From assembly GCA_963743925.1 (NCBI GenBank), contig CAVURY010000050.1, forward strand, positions 14,358 through 78,357: a DNA stretch of 64,000 nucleotides. Reading direction: 5' to 3'. Source of the DNA: an uncultured Planctomycetota bacterium (GTDB taxonomy: Bacteria > Planctomycetota > Planctomycetia > Isosphaerales > Isosphaeraceae). Both the position numbers and the translations under genes were made by a program. The notes under the pieces were generated by a model, which did not search any database, was not told where the DNA came from, and saw only the letters and a program-made list of their open reading frames with translations. This document shows positions 30,960-40,763 of the stretch, piece by piece (position 1 is the first letter of the stretch; the number at the start of each line of letters is the position of its first letter).

Positions 30960-33900
30960 TCAGTGACCCGGATGGGATGTGTCGTCGGCGTGGTCGCGCG
31001 CGTGGCCGTGATGCGCGGCGCGATGAGCGTCACGCTGGAGGAACTGATCGGTGTAGTGGGAGCCGAGGATCAACTCGGCGTCGCACCGCGAGTGACCGGC
31101 GGGGGCCGGGAAGAAGGAGTACAGCACCGGCATCAAGTACCGGGTCAGGAACAGGGTGCATAACATGGCACCGACCACCACGATAGCCAGGGGCTTCTGG
31201 GCCTGCGAGCCGATCGAGGTCGCCAGGGCTGCCGGCAGCAAGCCCAGGGCGGCGGTCAACGAGGTCATGACGACCGGGCGCACCCGGAGTTCGGCGCCTC
31301 TCATGACCGATTCACGGACCGGCAGACCGGCGGCGCGCAACTGGTTGAAGTAGGAGATCAGCAACACCCCGTCCTGCACGGCCACACCGAAGACCGAGAC
31401 AAATCCCACGGCGGCCGAGATGGAGAACGGCGTCCCAGTGATCCAGAGCGCCAGGATACCGCCCATCGAGGCCTCCACCACGTTCATCATCACCAGGAGC
31501 GAGTCCTTCATCGAGTTGAACGCCGTGTAGAGCAGGCCGAGGATCAGGCCGATCGACAGGGGGACGATCACCATCAGCCGACGGTTCGCTTCCTGCATCT
31601 GCTTGAACTCGCCCGCCCAGTCGATGTCGTACCCCTTTGGGAGCATGGCGCCATACTTGGGATCGCTGACCTTCTTCTCGGCCTCGTTGATGGTCGAGGC
31701 GAGGTCGCGGTCCTGGACGCTGAACTTGATCGGGATGTATCGGCGGTTGTTCTCCCGGTAGATATAGGAAGCACCCGGCTTGTGCGGATCGATGCGTACG
31801 AGCTGGCTGAGTGGGATGCGGGCCCCGGGTTTGCCATCCTGGCCAGGCGCATCGACCGGGATTCGTCCGATGACCTCCGGGTCGTCGCGCTGGTCGATCG
31901 GTAGGCGGAGCACGATGTCGAACTTCTTCTCGCCTTCGACCATCTGAGTGAAGGCCCGCCCGCCGACGGCCACCTGGACCACCGCCTCGACGTCAGCGAC
32001 GTTGATGCCGTATCGGGCACACTCATGACGATCGATCTGGATCTCCAGATTGGGCTGGCCGACGATGTGGAATAGCCCCGGATTCTTGATCCCTCTGACA
32101 CCGTTGAGGATGTTCAGGACGCGCTGGCCGTATTCCTCCAGCTTCGCGAGGTCGGTGCCGAAGAGTTTGATCGAATTGGCCCCCTTCACGCCCGACAGCG
32201 CCTCCTCGACGTTATCGCGGATCAACTGCGAGAAGTTGAAGTTCACCGAGGGGAACTTTTCGAACTTCGCCATCAGCTCGTTCTGGATCTCTTCGCGAGT
32301 GAACTTGCGTTGCCAGAGTTCATGTCCCATGAACTTGACGGGCTTGGTGCGCCATTGCTCCATCGGGGTAAGGGGGGCGTTGAACTCGAGGTTGTAGTAG
32401 CTGGTCACGTCGGTTCCGTCATCGGGACGGCCGACCTGCGACATGACCCCCTTGATCTCGGGGATCGAGCCGATCACCTCGCGGAGCCGCGGCGCCATCC
32501 GGGCCGCTTCCTGGAGCGTCACCGTGCGCGGCAACAGGGCGCGGATCCAGAGGTTGCCTTCTTCCAGCGGAGGCATGAACTCGCCACCCAACTTGGGGAT
32601 GAGGGTGATCGTGAAGATCAGGAGCGACCCCATCGCCGTCAGCAGCATGATCCGGTGATCCAGCATCCGGTTCAGCATGGTCAAATACCGGAGCTTCATG
32701 ATCTTGTCGACGAAGGTCTCTTTCTCTTCCTTCTTGTTGTGGAACAGGTAGGAACAGAGTACCGGAGTCAGCGTCACGGCCAGGAGCAAGGCACCGCAGA
32801 TCGCGAAAGCATAGGTATTGGCCATCGGGCCGAACAAGGCCTTCCGGACCGGTCATCGAAAACAGAGGGATGAACGCACAGACAATAATCAGGGTCGAGA
32901 AGAACAACGCGCGTTCGATCTCATGAGACGCGTCGATGATCCGATCGATCAGCGGCCGGGTTCGATCGGCGTTCTTCGCCGTGATGTGCCGGAACACGTT
33001 TTCGACGATGATCACCGAGCTGTCGACGATGATCCCGAAGTCCACGGCGCCGATGGAGAGCAGGTTGGCGGATTTCCCCTGCATGTAAAGCACCGAGACC
33101 GAGAACAGCAGGGCCAGCGGGATCATCAGTGCCACGATGCCGGCGCAGGTGACGTCGCCCAGGAAGATGAATAGGATCAGGATGACCAGTCCCATGCCGA
33201 CGACCAGGTTATGGATCACGTTCTCGGTCGTCACGTGGACCAGGTCGGTCCGGCGGTTGAACGTGATGATCTTCATCCCCTTGGGGAGCAGGCCGCCGCT
33301 GTTCAACTCCTCGATCTTCTTCTGGACCGCCTCGGACGTCGGCAGCGACTTCTCGTACTTCCGCATCAGGACGATGCCCTGGACGACGTCGTTCTCGCCG
33401 TTGCGTCCCACGATGCCGAGCCGGGGCTGGTAGCCGATGACGACCTTGGCGATCTGCCGCAAGTAGACCGGCATGTTGTTGTACTGGGCGACCACGACAT
33501 CCTGGATGTCCTCGAGCTTCTCGACCTCGATCGAGTAGGCATGTTCGGCCAGGGAGGGGTCGAGCGGGTCGACCGCCTCGCCGAATAGGCCGATCGCGCG
33601 GACATTATGCGACTGCTCGCCGAGCGGGAGGATATCGCCGCCGACGTTCGCATTGGACCCCGAGAGTGCGTCGGTGACATTCTGGAGGGTGATGTCATAC
33701 CGTCGCATGAGCTGGGTATCGAGCAGGACCTGGTATTGCTTGACGGTGCCGCCGAAGCCGGTGACGTCGATGACGCCGGGGACCGTCTTGAAGGCCCGCG
33801 TCAAGACCCAGTCCTGAACCGCCTTGCGGTGATTGAGCGAGTAGCTGTCCCCCTCGAGGACGTAGCGGACGATCTCGCCGATCGGACTCCAGGGCGAGAG

Positions 33901-34281
33901 GCCCGGCGTGACCCCCGTCGGGAGGTTGCTGATCATTCCCAGCCGGTTGATCACCTCCTGTCGGGCCGCCCAGTAATCGGTGCCATATTCGAACTGGCAC
34001 TTGATGTCATTGAGACCGGCGAGCGAGATGCTGCGCAGGTATTTCAAGCCGGGCATCCCATTGAGCGCCGTCTCGATCGGGATGCCGATCAGACGTTCCA
34101 TCTCCTCGGGACTGGCACCGGTATTCTGGGTGATGACTTCGACGAGCGGGGGGGTCGGGTCCGGGTAGGCCTCGACGTTGAGGTTCCGGGCCGAATAAAT
34201 CCCCACCACAATCAGGGCTACCGTCCCGAGCAGGACGATGAATCGATTGTGGAGACTCCACGTGATGAGGGCGCGTACCAT
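30960..34281 (-). pseudogene. CzcA/CusA-family heavy-metal RND efflux pump, split by one frameshift near 32838-32842
   Basis: ORF 32419..34281 reads MVRALITWSLHNRFIVLLG...AVDFGIIVDSSVIIVENVFRH...FIPLFSMTGPEG. ORF 30960..32837 continues LFGPMANTYAFAICGALLLAVTLTPVL... to a His-rich tail (HRAAHHGHARDHADDTSHPGH). Removing one C from GGCC joins them into ~1106 aa. Confidence 0.8.
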
Positions 34282-34375
34282 GAAATATCACTCGGGCCGG
34301 ATTTGAATCGGCAAGAGAGCCTGAACCCGGGTAGTAGTTTGCAATCCGGAGCCGGCGGGATATCGTGGTGATCAA

Positions 34376-34448
<73 letters not shown>

Positions 34449-34609
34449 TCTTGACTCACACGATCATCCTAGGTTAACGATCCGGTCCCGTGAAAGCAAG
34501 GTATCACGACGCTGGACAACCCGGACCGCGGAGCGATCGACTCGCCCCGATCCCGGAACGCCGGGCCGGGATCGCAAATCCCGGCCGACACTCGATTAAG
34601 GACTCGTCC

Positions 34610-35563
34610 ATGATTCGGCGGCGCCACTTCCTCCTGACTTGCCTCGGATTCGCCGCAGCCCTGGCCGTGCTGACCGGGCCGCTGGGAAGCGGTGCGGCGA
34701 GACCGCAGGACGCTCCAAACAGATCCCCGTGGCCTCTTGTCACCTGGAAAGCGATTCCTGACAATCCCGTCTTCACCGGAACCGGCCGAGACACCTGGGA
34801 TCGCAAGATCCGCGAGCGCGGCTTCATCCTGGTCGGAGATGATGGAACCTATCATCTCTGGTACACAGGATATGCGTCCGACAAGCCGACGACCATGTCC
34901 CTCGGGCACGCCACATCGCGTGACGGCATCCATTGGGACCGCGATCCCACAAACCCGATCTTCGACGGTTCGTGGGTGGAGGATGTCTGCGTACTCAATA
35001 AGGACGGGACATTCTTCATGTTCGCCGAGGGCAAGAATGACATCGCTCATCTCTTGACCTCGCCTGACGGGCTCAAGTGGACCGATAAGGGATCGCTCGA
35101 CGTCCGCAAGACCGATGGATCGACGATCGGCCCCGGTCCCTACGGCACGCCCGCCGCCTGGTTGGAAGGCGGAACGTGGTACCTCTTCTACGAACGAGGT
35201 GACCGGGGTGTTTGGTTGGCCACCTCGAGAGACTGCAAAGTCTGGACCAATGTCTCGGACGAACCGGTCATCGCCATGGGCCCCGAACCGTATGATCGGA
35301 CTGCGGTCGCCGTCAATCAGATCGTCAAACGGGATGGCTATTATTACGCCTTCTACCACGCCAACGGCCAGCGACCCTGGAAAGATTGGACAACCTGCGT
35401 GGCCCGATCTCGAGACCTGATTCATTGGGAGAAATATCCCGGGAACCCGATCATCCGGAACAACTGCTCCAGTGCAATCCTTGTACGAACGCCCCAAGGT
35501 TCGGATCGTTTGTATACTATGCATCCGGACGTCAAAGTCTTCGTGCCCGAGTCTACCCCCTAG
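34610..35563 (+). CDS. Secreted five-bladed beta-propeller glycoside hydrolase-like protein (GH43/GH130-like clan)
   Basis: Tat-like start MIRRRHFLLTCLGFAAALAV. Repeated blade motifs (GTYHLWYTGY, LGHATSRDGIHWDRDPTNPI, GTFFMFAEG, GTWYLFYERG, GYYYAFYHAN...SRDLIHWEKYPGNPI). Family assignment is from memory only. Confidence 0.65.
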   Translation: MIRRRHFLLTCLGFAAALAVLTGPLGSGAARPQDAPNRSPWPLVTWKAIPDNPVFTGTGRDTWDRKIRERGFILVGDDGTYHLWYTGYASDKPTTMSLGHATSRDGIHWDRDPTNPIFDGSWVEDVCVLNKDGTFFMFAEGKNDIAHLLTSPDGLKWTDKGSLDVRKTDGSTIGPGPYGTPAAWLEGGTWYLFYERGDRGVWLATSRDCKVWTNVSDEPVIAMGPEPYDRTAVAVNQIVKRDGYYYAFYHANGQRPWKDWTTCVARSRDLIHWEKYPGNPIIRNNCSSAILVRTPQGSDRLYTMHPDVKVFVPESTP

Positions 35564-35588
35564 CCGTATCGCATTGACGAAGATGAAT

Positions 35589-35690
35589 CGCCAAGGACGC
35601 CAAGGACGCCAAGAAACACGGAAGAAGGGACCGGATTATTCCCATTCTCTTCCTGGGTCAGGTCTTCTTGCGTCCTTGGCGTCCTTGGCG
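35589..35690. repeat. Intergenic hairpin built from tandem CGCCAAGGA units (about 26-nt arms, about 50-nt loop) between convergent genes
   Basis: The arms are CGCCAAGGACGCCAAGGACGCCAAGAA ... TTCTTGCGTCCTTGGCGTCCTTGGCG. Translation gives the AKDAKDAK / LASLASLAV-type pseudo-peptides I associate with planctomycete intergenic repeats. Confidence 0.6.
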
Positions 35691-35719
35691 GTTCAATTCT
35701 GAAATTGACGAAAGCTGCC

Positions 35720-36502
35720 CTACTGATATAACACGCCGACGCGCCGGCGGTAGTCATCGTAAGTCTCTTCGAACAGCTCCCTGGCTCGATCGGCTCCGAG
35801 GTGGCACGCCGCGGTGAGGATCTTGGGGGGCGAGCCAGCCTCGGTGAGGAGTCGCGCGACCTCGGCCTTCACGAGGTTGATGATCGCGCAACCGGTGACG
35901 CTCGACAGCGGCGCCACCGGCGTTTCGAGGCCCGTCACCCATACGGCCGAGTCTCCCGCGGGGGCCAGTTGATCAAGCACCAGGTCGGCGACCTCGTGAA
36001 GCTTCTTCCCCGACTCGTGGCGGGACGAAGACGCTGCGGAGTGGGCCAGCGAGGTCAATGCGACCACGGACATCCCGAGACGCTTGGCCTCCAGGGCCAC
36101 GTCGATTGTCACGGCGTTGCAGCCGCTGGTCGATATAGCCAGGAGGACGTCTTCGGGCGACGTCGCGAAATTACGCCAGAGGATCGGCCCGAAACCCTGG
36201 ACATTCTCCAGGAACATGGCCTGCCGCTGGCCATTCGCGCCGACGACCGCGTTGTGATAAGTCATCGAGAGCTCGACGATCGGGTGGAATCCCGGGAACG
36301 AGCCATAACGCGGGAACATCTCCTCGACGGCCATCCTCGAGTGGCCCGTCCCGAAGACGTGGACCAATCGTCGCTTGAGGATCGACTCCGCGAAAAGGAC
36401 GGCCGCCCGTCGGATCGCCGGCAGTTGCGTCGCCTCGATGCCGTCGATCGCCGACCGGACGGCGGCCAGGTACTGGACGAGGACGTCGGGTTGATCGTTC
36501 AT
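35720..36502 (-). CDS. SIS (sugar isomerase) domain protein
   Basis: Start at MNDQPDVLVQY. Contains ...VHVFGTGHSRMAVEE... and ...LLAISTSGCNAVTIDVALEAKRLGMSVVALTS. Its ATG overlaps the stop of the upstream SDR gene (ATGA). Confidence 0.75.
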   Translation of the reverse strand: MNDQPDVLVQYLAAVRSAIDGIEATQLPAIRRAAVLFAESILKRRLVHVFGTGHSRMAVEEMFPRYGSFPGFHPIVELSMTYHNAVVGANGQRQAMFLENVQGFGPILWRNFATSPEDVLLAISTSGCNAVTIDVALEAKRLGMSVVALTSLAHSAASSSRHESGKKLHEVADLVLDQLAPAGDSAVWVTGLETPVAPLSSVTGCAIINLVKAEVARLLTEAGSPPKILTAACHLGADRARELFEETYDDYRRRVGVLYQ

Positions 36503-37398
36503 GGCAGATGACTCGGCTCGGGATGGGTCTCGCCCCCCGGGCAGCCTTCCGAGACACACCAGCCGCCGTCAACGATGAGCTCCGCCCCGGTCACGAAATG
36601 TGAGGCCGGCTCGCAGAGATAGAGCGCGGCCTCGGCCACGTCCCCGGCCGATCCGGGCCCTCCGACAATCGGCTGCTTGGTCGCCAGGTAGGGCCGGATT
36701 CGAGGATCGTTCACCGCGCGGGTCGCCATCGGAGTATCGATCAGTCCGGGGACCAGTAGGTTGAATCGGATTCGATCGGGGGCGTAGCGTGCCGCGGCGG
36801 CCATCGTCATGGCACGGACCGCACCCTTGCTGGCGGCGTAAGCGATCGTCCCGAAATGCGACGGCGAAGGCGATCGCTCCAGGACCGAGCCCACGTTCAC
36901 CACCGTTCCGCGCAGCCCGTCGTCGTCCACGGGTTGCCGGAGCATCTGTCGCACGGCCTCGCGATTCGTGAGGAATGTCCCCAGCGCGTTAACGCTCATC
37001 ACGTGATCCCAACCTGCGTCCGTGCACTCGTGGAGGGGGCCGTCGCCGGACTTTCTTCCGCTGATCCCGGCGATATGCAGCAAGATGTCGAGACGTCCCC
37101 CGAGGAATTTCAGGACCCTCTCGAACAACAGGGTGACTCCCAGGCCGTCGCTCGCGTCCAGCGACCATCCCTCGCAAGGACCGAGCGACTGGAGTGGATC
37201 CAGCAACTCCGGGCCGAGCGGGATCGGATGACCGGTGTTGGGACCCGCACCCTCGCCTTCGCGGCCCGCGACAACGACACGCGCCCCTTCCCGAAGGAAC
37301 CGGCTTGCCGCGGCCAGGCCGATTCCGCCCGTCCCGCCGACGATCAAGCATGTACGGCCGTCGAGTCGGCCAGTTCGTTGCACGGGCACAATTCTCAC
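36499..37398 (-). CDS. SDR-family short-chain dehydrogenase/reductase
   Basis: Contains the TGGIGLA (TGxxxGxG) cofactor motif, and the YAASKGAV (YxxxK) active site. Confidence 0.85.
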   Translation of the reverse strand: MRIVPVQRTGRLDGRTCLIVGGTGGIGLAAASRFLREGARVVVAGREGEGAGPNTGHPIPLGPELLDPLQSLGPCEGWSLDASDGLGVTLLFERVLKFLGGRLDILLHIAGISGRKSGDGPLHECTDAGWDHVMSVNALGTFLTNREAVRQMLRQPVDDDGLRGTVVNVGSVLERSPSPSHFGTIAYAASKGAVRAMTMAAAARYAPDRIRFNLLVPGLIDTPMATRAVNDPRIRPYLATKQPIVGGPGSAGDVAEAALYLCEPASHFVTGAELIVDGGWCVSEGCPGGETHPEPSHLP

Positions 37399-37404
37399 CG
37401 CACC

Positions 37405-37884
37405 TCACTTGACCTCGAAGATGGCCTCGATCTCGACGGCGATCCCACCCGGGAGTGCCCCCATTCCGACCGCGCTCCTCGCCCCGACGCCCGCATCGCC
37501 GAAGACATCCTTCATCAAGTCGGAATACCCGTTGATCACCTTGGGCTGGTCGGCGAAATCCGGGGTTGAGTTGACCATGCCCAACGTCTTGATCAGTCGG
37601 ACGACATTGTCGAGCGAGCCGAGGTGGTGCCTCAACGTGGCGAGGATCGCCAGGCCGGTCTGTTTCGCCGCCGCCTGGCCGCCCGGCACGTCCATGTTGT
37701 CGCCCAGTCGGCCGACGATCAGGCTCCCGTCGGAACGGTACGGGCCATGCCCCGATACATAAAGCAAGTCTCCGTGCCGGATCGCCGTCACATACGTGGC
37801 CACCGGCTTGGGCGCGGGGGCAACTCCAACTTCAACTCGGCCAGGCGGGCCTCGGCTCCCATGGCAATCATCCTCTTCTCGCAT
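37405..37884 (-). CDS. RidA/YjgF-family protein; the true N-terminus is probably MGAEARLAELKLELPP... from 37862 in another frame (frameshift in the G-run 37816-37820)
   Basis: The body reads ...APKPVATYVTAIRHGDLLYVSGHGP...VEIEAIFEVK. The neighbouring frame gives the canonical RidA start MGAEARLAELKLELPP. One extra C in the CCCCC run (coding strand) fuses them. Confidence 0.8.
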   Translation of the reverse strand: MREEDDCHGSRGPPGRVEVGVAPAPKPVATYVTAIRHGDLLYVSGHGPYRSDGSLIVGRLGDNMDVPGGQAAAKQTGLAILATLRHHLGSLDNVVRLIKTLGMVNSTPDFADQPKVINGYSDLMKDVFGDAGVGARSAVGMGALPGGIAVEIEAIFEVK

Positions 37885-38109
37885 ATGGCTTGTTCAGTCA
37901 CGAATCTCCAGACCGACGAGCAGCCAACACTAACGGCTGTCCTCGGCCAAATCAACAGCGAGGGCGGCCGTGAAGCGTCGAGACTTCTCGAGGTTTCGTC
38001 GGAAAGTCTCACGATCGGAGCGCGTCGCGATCACCAACGGCTTGACGGTAACGCTACCATGCTCGATGCTGGTTCGAGCCATCCAGACCTTAGGGGAAAT
38101 CGCGAAGCT

Positions 38110-39000
38110 ATGAGCCGTCCGCCCAGCCCGTTTACCGTCGGCCTGATCCAGATGCGATGCTCCGACGACTCCGCGGACAACCTGAGTCGGGCCGTCGCGA
38201 TGCTGCACACGGCGGCGGAGCGCGGCGTGCAGGTCGCTTGTTTGCCCGAGCTATTCCTCACCCAGTATTTCTGCCAGGTCGAGGACTCCACTCGGTTCGA
38301 CCTGGCCGAGTCGATCCCCGGCCCGACCACCGAGGCGCTGGGCCGGGTCGCACGCGAGACCAAGATGGTCATCGTCGGTTCGATCTTCGAACGACGGGCG
38401 CCGGGGATCTATCACAACACCGCCGTCGTCCTCGAATCCGACGGCTCCCTTCGCGGCATCTATCGCAAGATGCACATCCCTGACGACCCGCTCTATTACG
38501 AGAAATACTACTTCACCCCCGGGGACCTGGGGTTTCAGGCGTTTGAAACCGCCCATGCCCGTGTCGGTACGTTGGTCTGCTGGGACCAGTGGTATCCCGA
38601 GGCGGCGCGGCTGACTGCCCTCCGGGGGGCTGAAATCTTGTTCTATCCAACGGCGATCGGCTGGCATCCCTCGGAGAAGGCCGAGTTCGGCGCGGCCCAG
38701 TCGAGCGCGTGGGAGACGATCCAGCGTTCGCACGCCATCGCCAACGGTGTTTATGTCGCGGCCGTCAACCGGATCGGCCACGAGGGCCCGCCGCAAGGAG
38801 GATTGGAATTCTGGGGCGGATCCTTCCTGGCGGATCCCTTCGGAAGGGTCATCGCCCGCGCCGGGGTCGACTCCGAGGAAATCCTCATCGCCACCTGCGA
38901 CCCCAAACTCCAGGAACAGACCCGCCGCAACTGGCCATTCCTCCGCGATCGCCGGATCGACGCGTATGCCCCCATCACCGAGAGGTTCCTCGACCGTTGA
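38110..39000 (+). CDS. aguB: N-carbamoylputrescine amidase (carbon-nitrogen hydrolase family)
   Basis: Start at MSRPPSPFTVGLIQM. Contains LPELF..YFCQ, YRKMHIPDDPLYYEKYYFTPGD, LVCWDQWYPEAAR (catalytic Cys) and YPTAIGW. The upstream part of ORF 37624..39000 overlaps RidA and is not protein-like. Confidence 0.8.
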   Translation: MSRPPSPFTVGLIQMRCSDDSADNLSRAVAMLHTAAERGVQVACLPELFLTQYFCQVEDSTRFDLAESIPGPTTEALGRVARETKMVIVGSIFERRAPGIYHNTAVVLESDGSLRGIYRKMHIPDDPLYYEKYYFTPGDLGFQAFETAHARVGTLVCWDQWYPEAARLTALRGAEILFYPTAIGWHPSEKAEFGAAQSSAWETIQRSHAIANGVYVAAVNRIGHEGPPQGGLEFWGGSFLADPFGRVIARAGVDSEEILIATCDPKLQEQTRRNWPFLRDRRIDAYAPITERFLDR

Positions 39001-39123
39001 GGAAACCGATCGCGATGGCGAACGATCCACGTCCAGGCTCGGGCGAAATCCAGGGCGCACGGCTTGCTAACCAATTTCAAGTATGCCGACGATAGCTTCG
39101 GCATCGCCCCTTGACCCGTCCGA

Positions 39124-39143
39124 GTAAGTGAGTATATACTTAC
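39124..39143. promoter_or_regulatory. Candidate TetR operator 1: GTAAGT-GAGTATAT-ACTTAC
   Basis: An AT-rich dyad read directly from the sequence, ending 15 nt upstream of the TetR ATG. It overlaps the perfect 10-bp palindrome AGTATATACT. Confidence 0.45.
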
Positions 39144-39157
39144 CGCGAACGAAGTGA

Positions 39158-39871
39158 ATGGAGAAGAGGTCGATGAAATCCACGTCGAAGCTGTCCTGCG
39201 AGGAGCGCCGCGAGGCGATCATCCGCGCGGTCCGGAGGGTCTTCGCGGAAAAGGGGTTTCATGGAACGACCACTCGGGCGTTGGCGGAAGCCTCGGGCGT
39301 CTCGGAGGCCCTGTTATTCAAGCACTTCCCCAACAAGGAAGAGCTGTATCAGGCCATGCAGCGGTTCTGTTGCGACGATCGAGATTCGGAGAAGCTCGAG
39401 CGTGTCAAGGCTCTCGAGGCCTCGACTTCGACCCTCGTGCTGATCGTACACATGATGGTCTCGAAGACCCTGGGGGGGGTTTGCAGCGGGGATGAGGATG
39501 CGCGAATCCAGCATCGCTTGATGTTGCACAGCCTGATGGAGGACGGTGAGTTCGCCAGGATCTTCCTCCAGCGGAGCCTCCCCTGCTGGATGACCAAGGT
39601 GGAAGAATGCCTCAAGGCCGCGGTCGCCTCGGGCGAGGCGACGGTCTCTCCGGTACACCCCCATCTCGGGGCGATTTTCACCAGGCACCTGGCGAGAATC
39701 ATCATGCTTTCCCTGATGCCGGCGACGCCGATCGTGGATTACGGGGCGCCCCTCGACAAGCTCGTCGAGCAGGCCGTCTGGTTCTCGCTCCGCGGCATGG
39801 GCGTCCGCGATGAGGCCATCAGCCGCTATTACAATCCGGAAGCCCTCGCGATCTTATCCGGCCTCGCCTGA
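39158..39871 (+). CDS. TetR/AcrR-family transcriptional regulator
   Basis: The N-terminal HTH reads REAIIRAVRRVFAEKGFHGTTTRALAEASGVSEALLFKHFPNKEELY. Confidence 0.9.
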   Translation: MEKRSMKSTSKLSCEERREAIIRAVRRVFAEKGFHGTTTRALAEASGVSEALLFKHFPNKEELYQAMQRFCCDDRDSEKLERVKALEASTSTLVLIVHMMVSKTLGGVCSGDEDARIQHRLMLHSLMEDGEFARIFLQRSLPCWMTKVEECLKAAVASGEATVSPVHPHLGAIFTRHLARIIMLSLMPATPIVDYGAPLDKLVEQAVWFSLRGMGVRDEAISRYYNPEALAILSGLA

Positions 39872-39971
39872 CCGGATATGGTCTGGTTGGCCCCCTTGCC
39901 CGATCGACGCCCCAATTTCGCGGTGCGCCATCGGAAATTCCAGACAAGCCGACCCTTTTTTTCAATATTTG

Positions 39972-39991
39972 GTAAGTAAGCACGAACTCAC
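39972..39991. promoter_or_regulatory. Candidate TetR operator 2: GTAAGT-AAGCACGA-ACTCAC
   Basis: Has the same half-sites and spacing as 39124-39143. Lies just upstream of the AGGAG and ATG (40008) of the small membrane protein gene. Confidence 0.4.
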
Positions 39992-40007
39992 AACAGGAGT
40001 CTCAACC

Positions 40008-40316
40008 ATGAATCGTCGAAGTCGGAGCAACAGCAAGCAATGGGACCGTTTCTTCTCACGGGTCGTGCCGGTCGTCGGAATCCTGCTGGCCGGCGTGATC
40101 GGATATGAGTTGTCGGGGGTCGATCGGTTGGAAGCCGTGATGATCCCAGGGTTCATGTCCGTGGCCGTGGTCGGAGGCGTATTCGGATTCGCCCGTGTCC
40201 GGACGCGAGGACGCTGGAAAGCGGCCTGGGACGCCTACGCGGCCGAAGAGGGGTCACGAGGCGGCACCGCTCCGTATCAAGAAGAGAAAGGTCTTTCGAT
40301 GGCAACCACCCGTTGA
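40008..40316 (+). CDS. Small two-TM membrane protein, unknown function
   Basis: ATG preceded by AGGAG. Two hydrophobic helices (VVPVVGILLAGVIGYEL and MIPGFMSVAVVGGVFGFA). Confidence 0.55.
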   Translation: MNRRSRSNSKQWDRFFSRVVPVVGILLAGVIGYELSGVDRLEAVMIPGFMSVAVVGGVFGFARVRTRGRWKAAWDAYAAEEGSRGGTAPYQEEKGLSMATTR

Positions 40317-40468
40317 AATCGAAGATCTTCGGGGAATCTCGGATCAGGGCCGCTTTCATGTCGTAAACTTCTTATTGATCGAAGGCCGGATCGACGATTC
40401 ATCGGCCCGAGATCGTATTGCGGGAAAACCAGGACAGATGAGGAGGACCAACCCATGGAGGAACTGCG

Positions 40469-40660
40469 ATGCTCGTCCTCAGCCGCAAGTTAGGTGAACG
40501 CATTATCGTGCCGGATTGCGAGATGTCGGTGACCGTGGTGGCGATCGAAGGCAATACGGTCCGTCTGGGGATCACCGCACCCACGACTGTCGGGATCTAC
40601 CGCGAAGAATTGTGGCGGCGCGTCTGCGCGGAGAAGGAGCAACAATCCCACATCGATTAG
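40469..40660 (+). CDS. csrA: Carbon storage regulator CsrA
   Basis: The sequence MLVLSRKLGERIIVPDCEMSVTVVAIEGNTVRLGITAPTTVGIYREELW is a canonical CsrA. Confidence 0.9.
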   Translation: MLVLSRKLGERIIVPDCEMSVTVVAIEGNTVRLGITAPTTVGIYREELWRRVCAEKEQQSHID

Positions 40661-40763
40661 CACAGGTGAATTCGAACCTGTCGCGTGACCAGGATTTGGG
40701 GCGGCGCCCGGGCGGATAGTGATTGGCCGATGGTTCGCCCGTCAGGCGCCACGGAGGTCGCGG

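Noticed and set aside
37624-38109. Upstream 162 codons of the 458-aa ORF containing aguB.
   Set aside because: It overlaps RidA on the opposite strand and is not homologous to carbon-nitrogen hydrolases. MSRPPSPFTVGLIQM at 38110 matches the family N-terminus.
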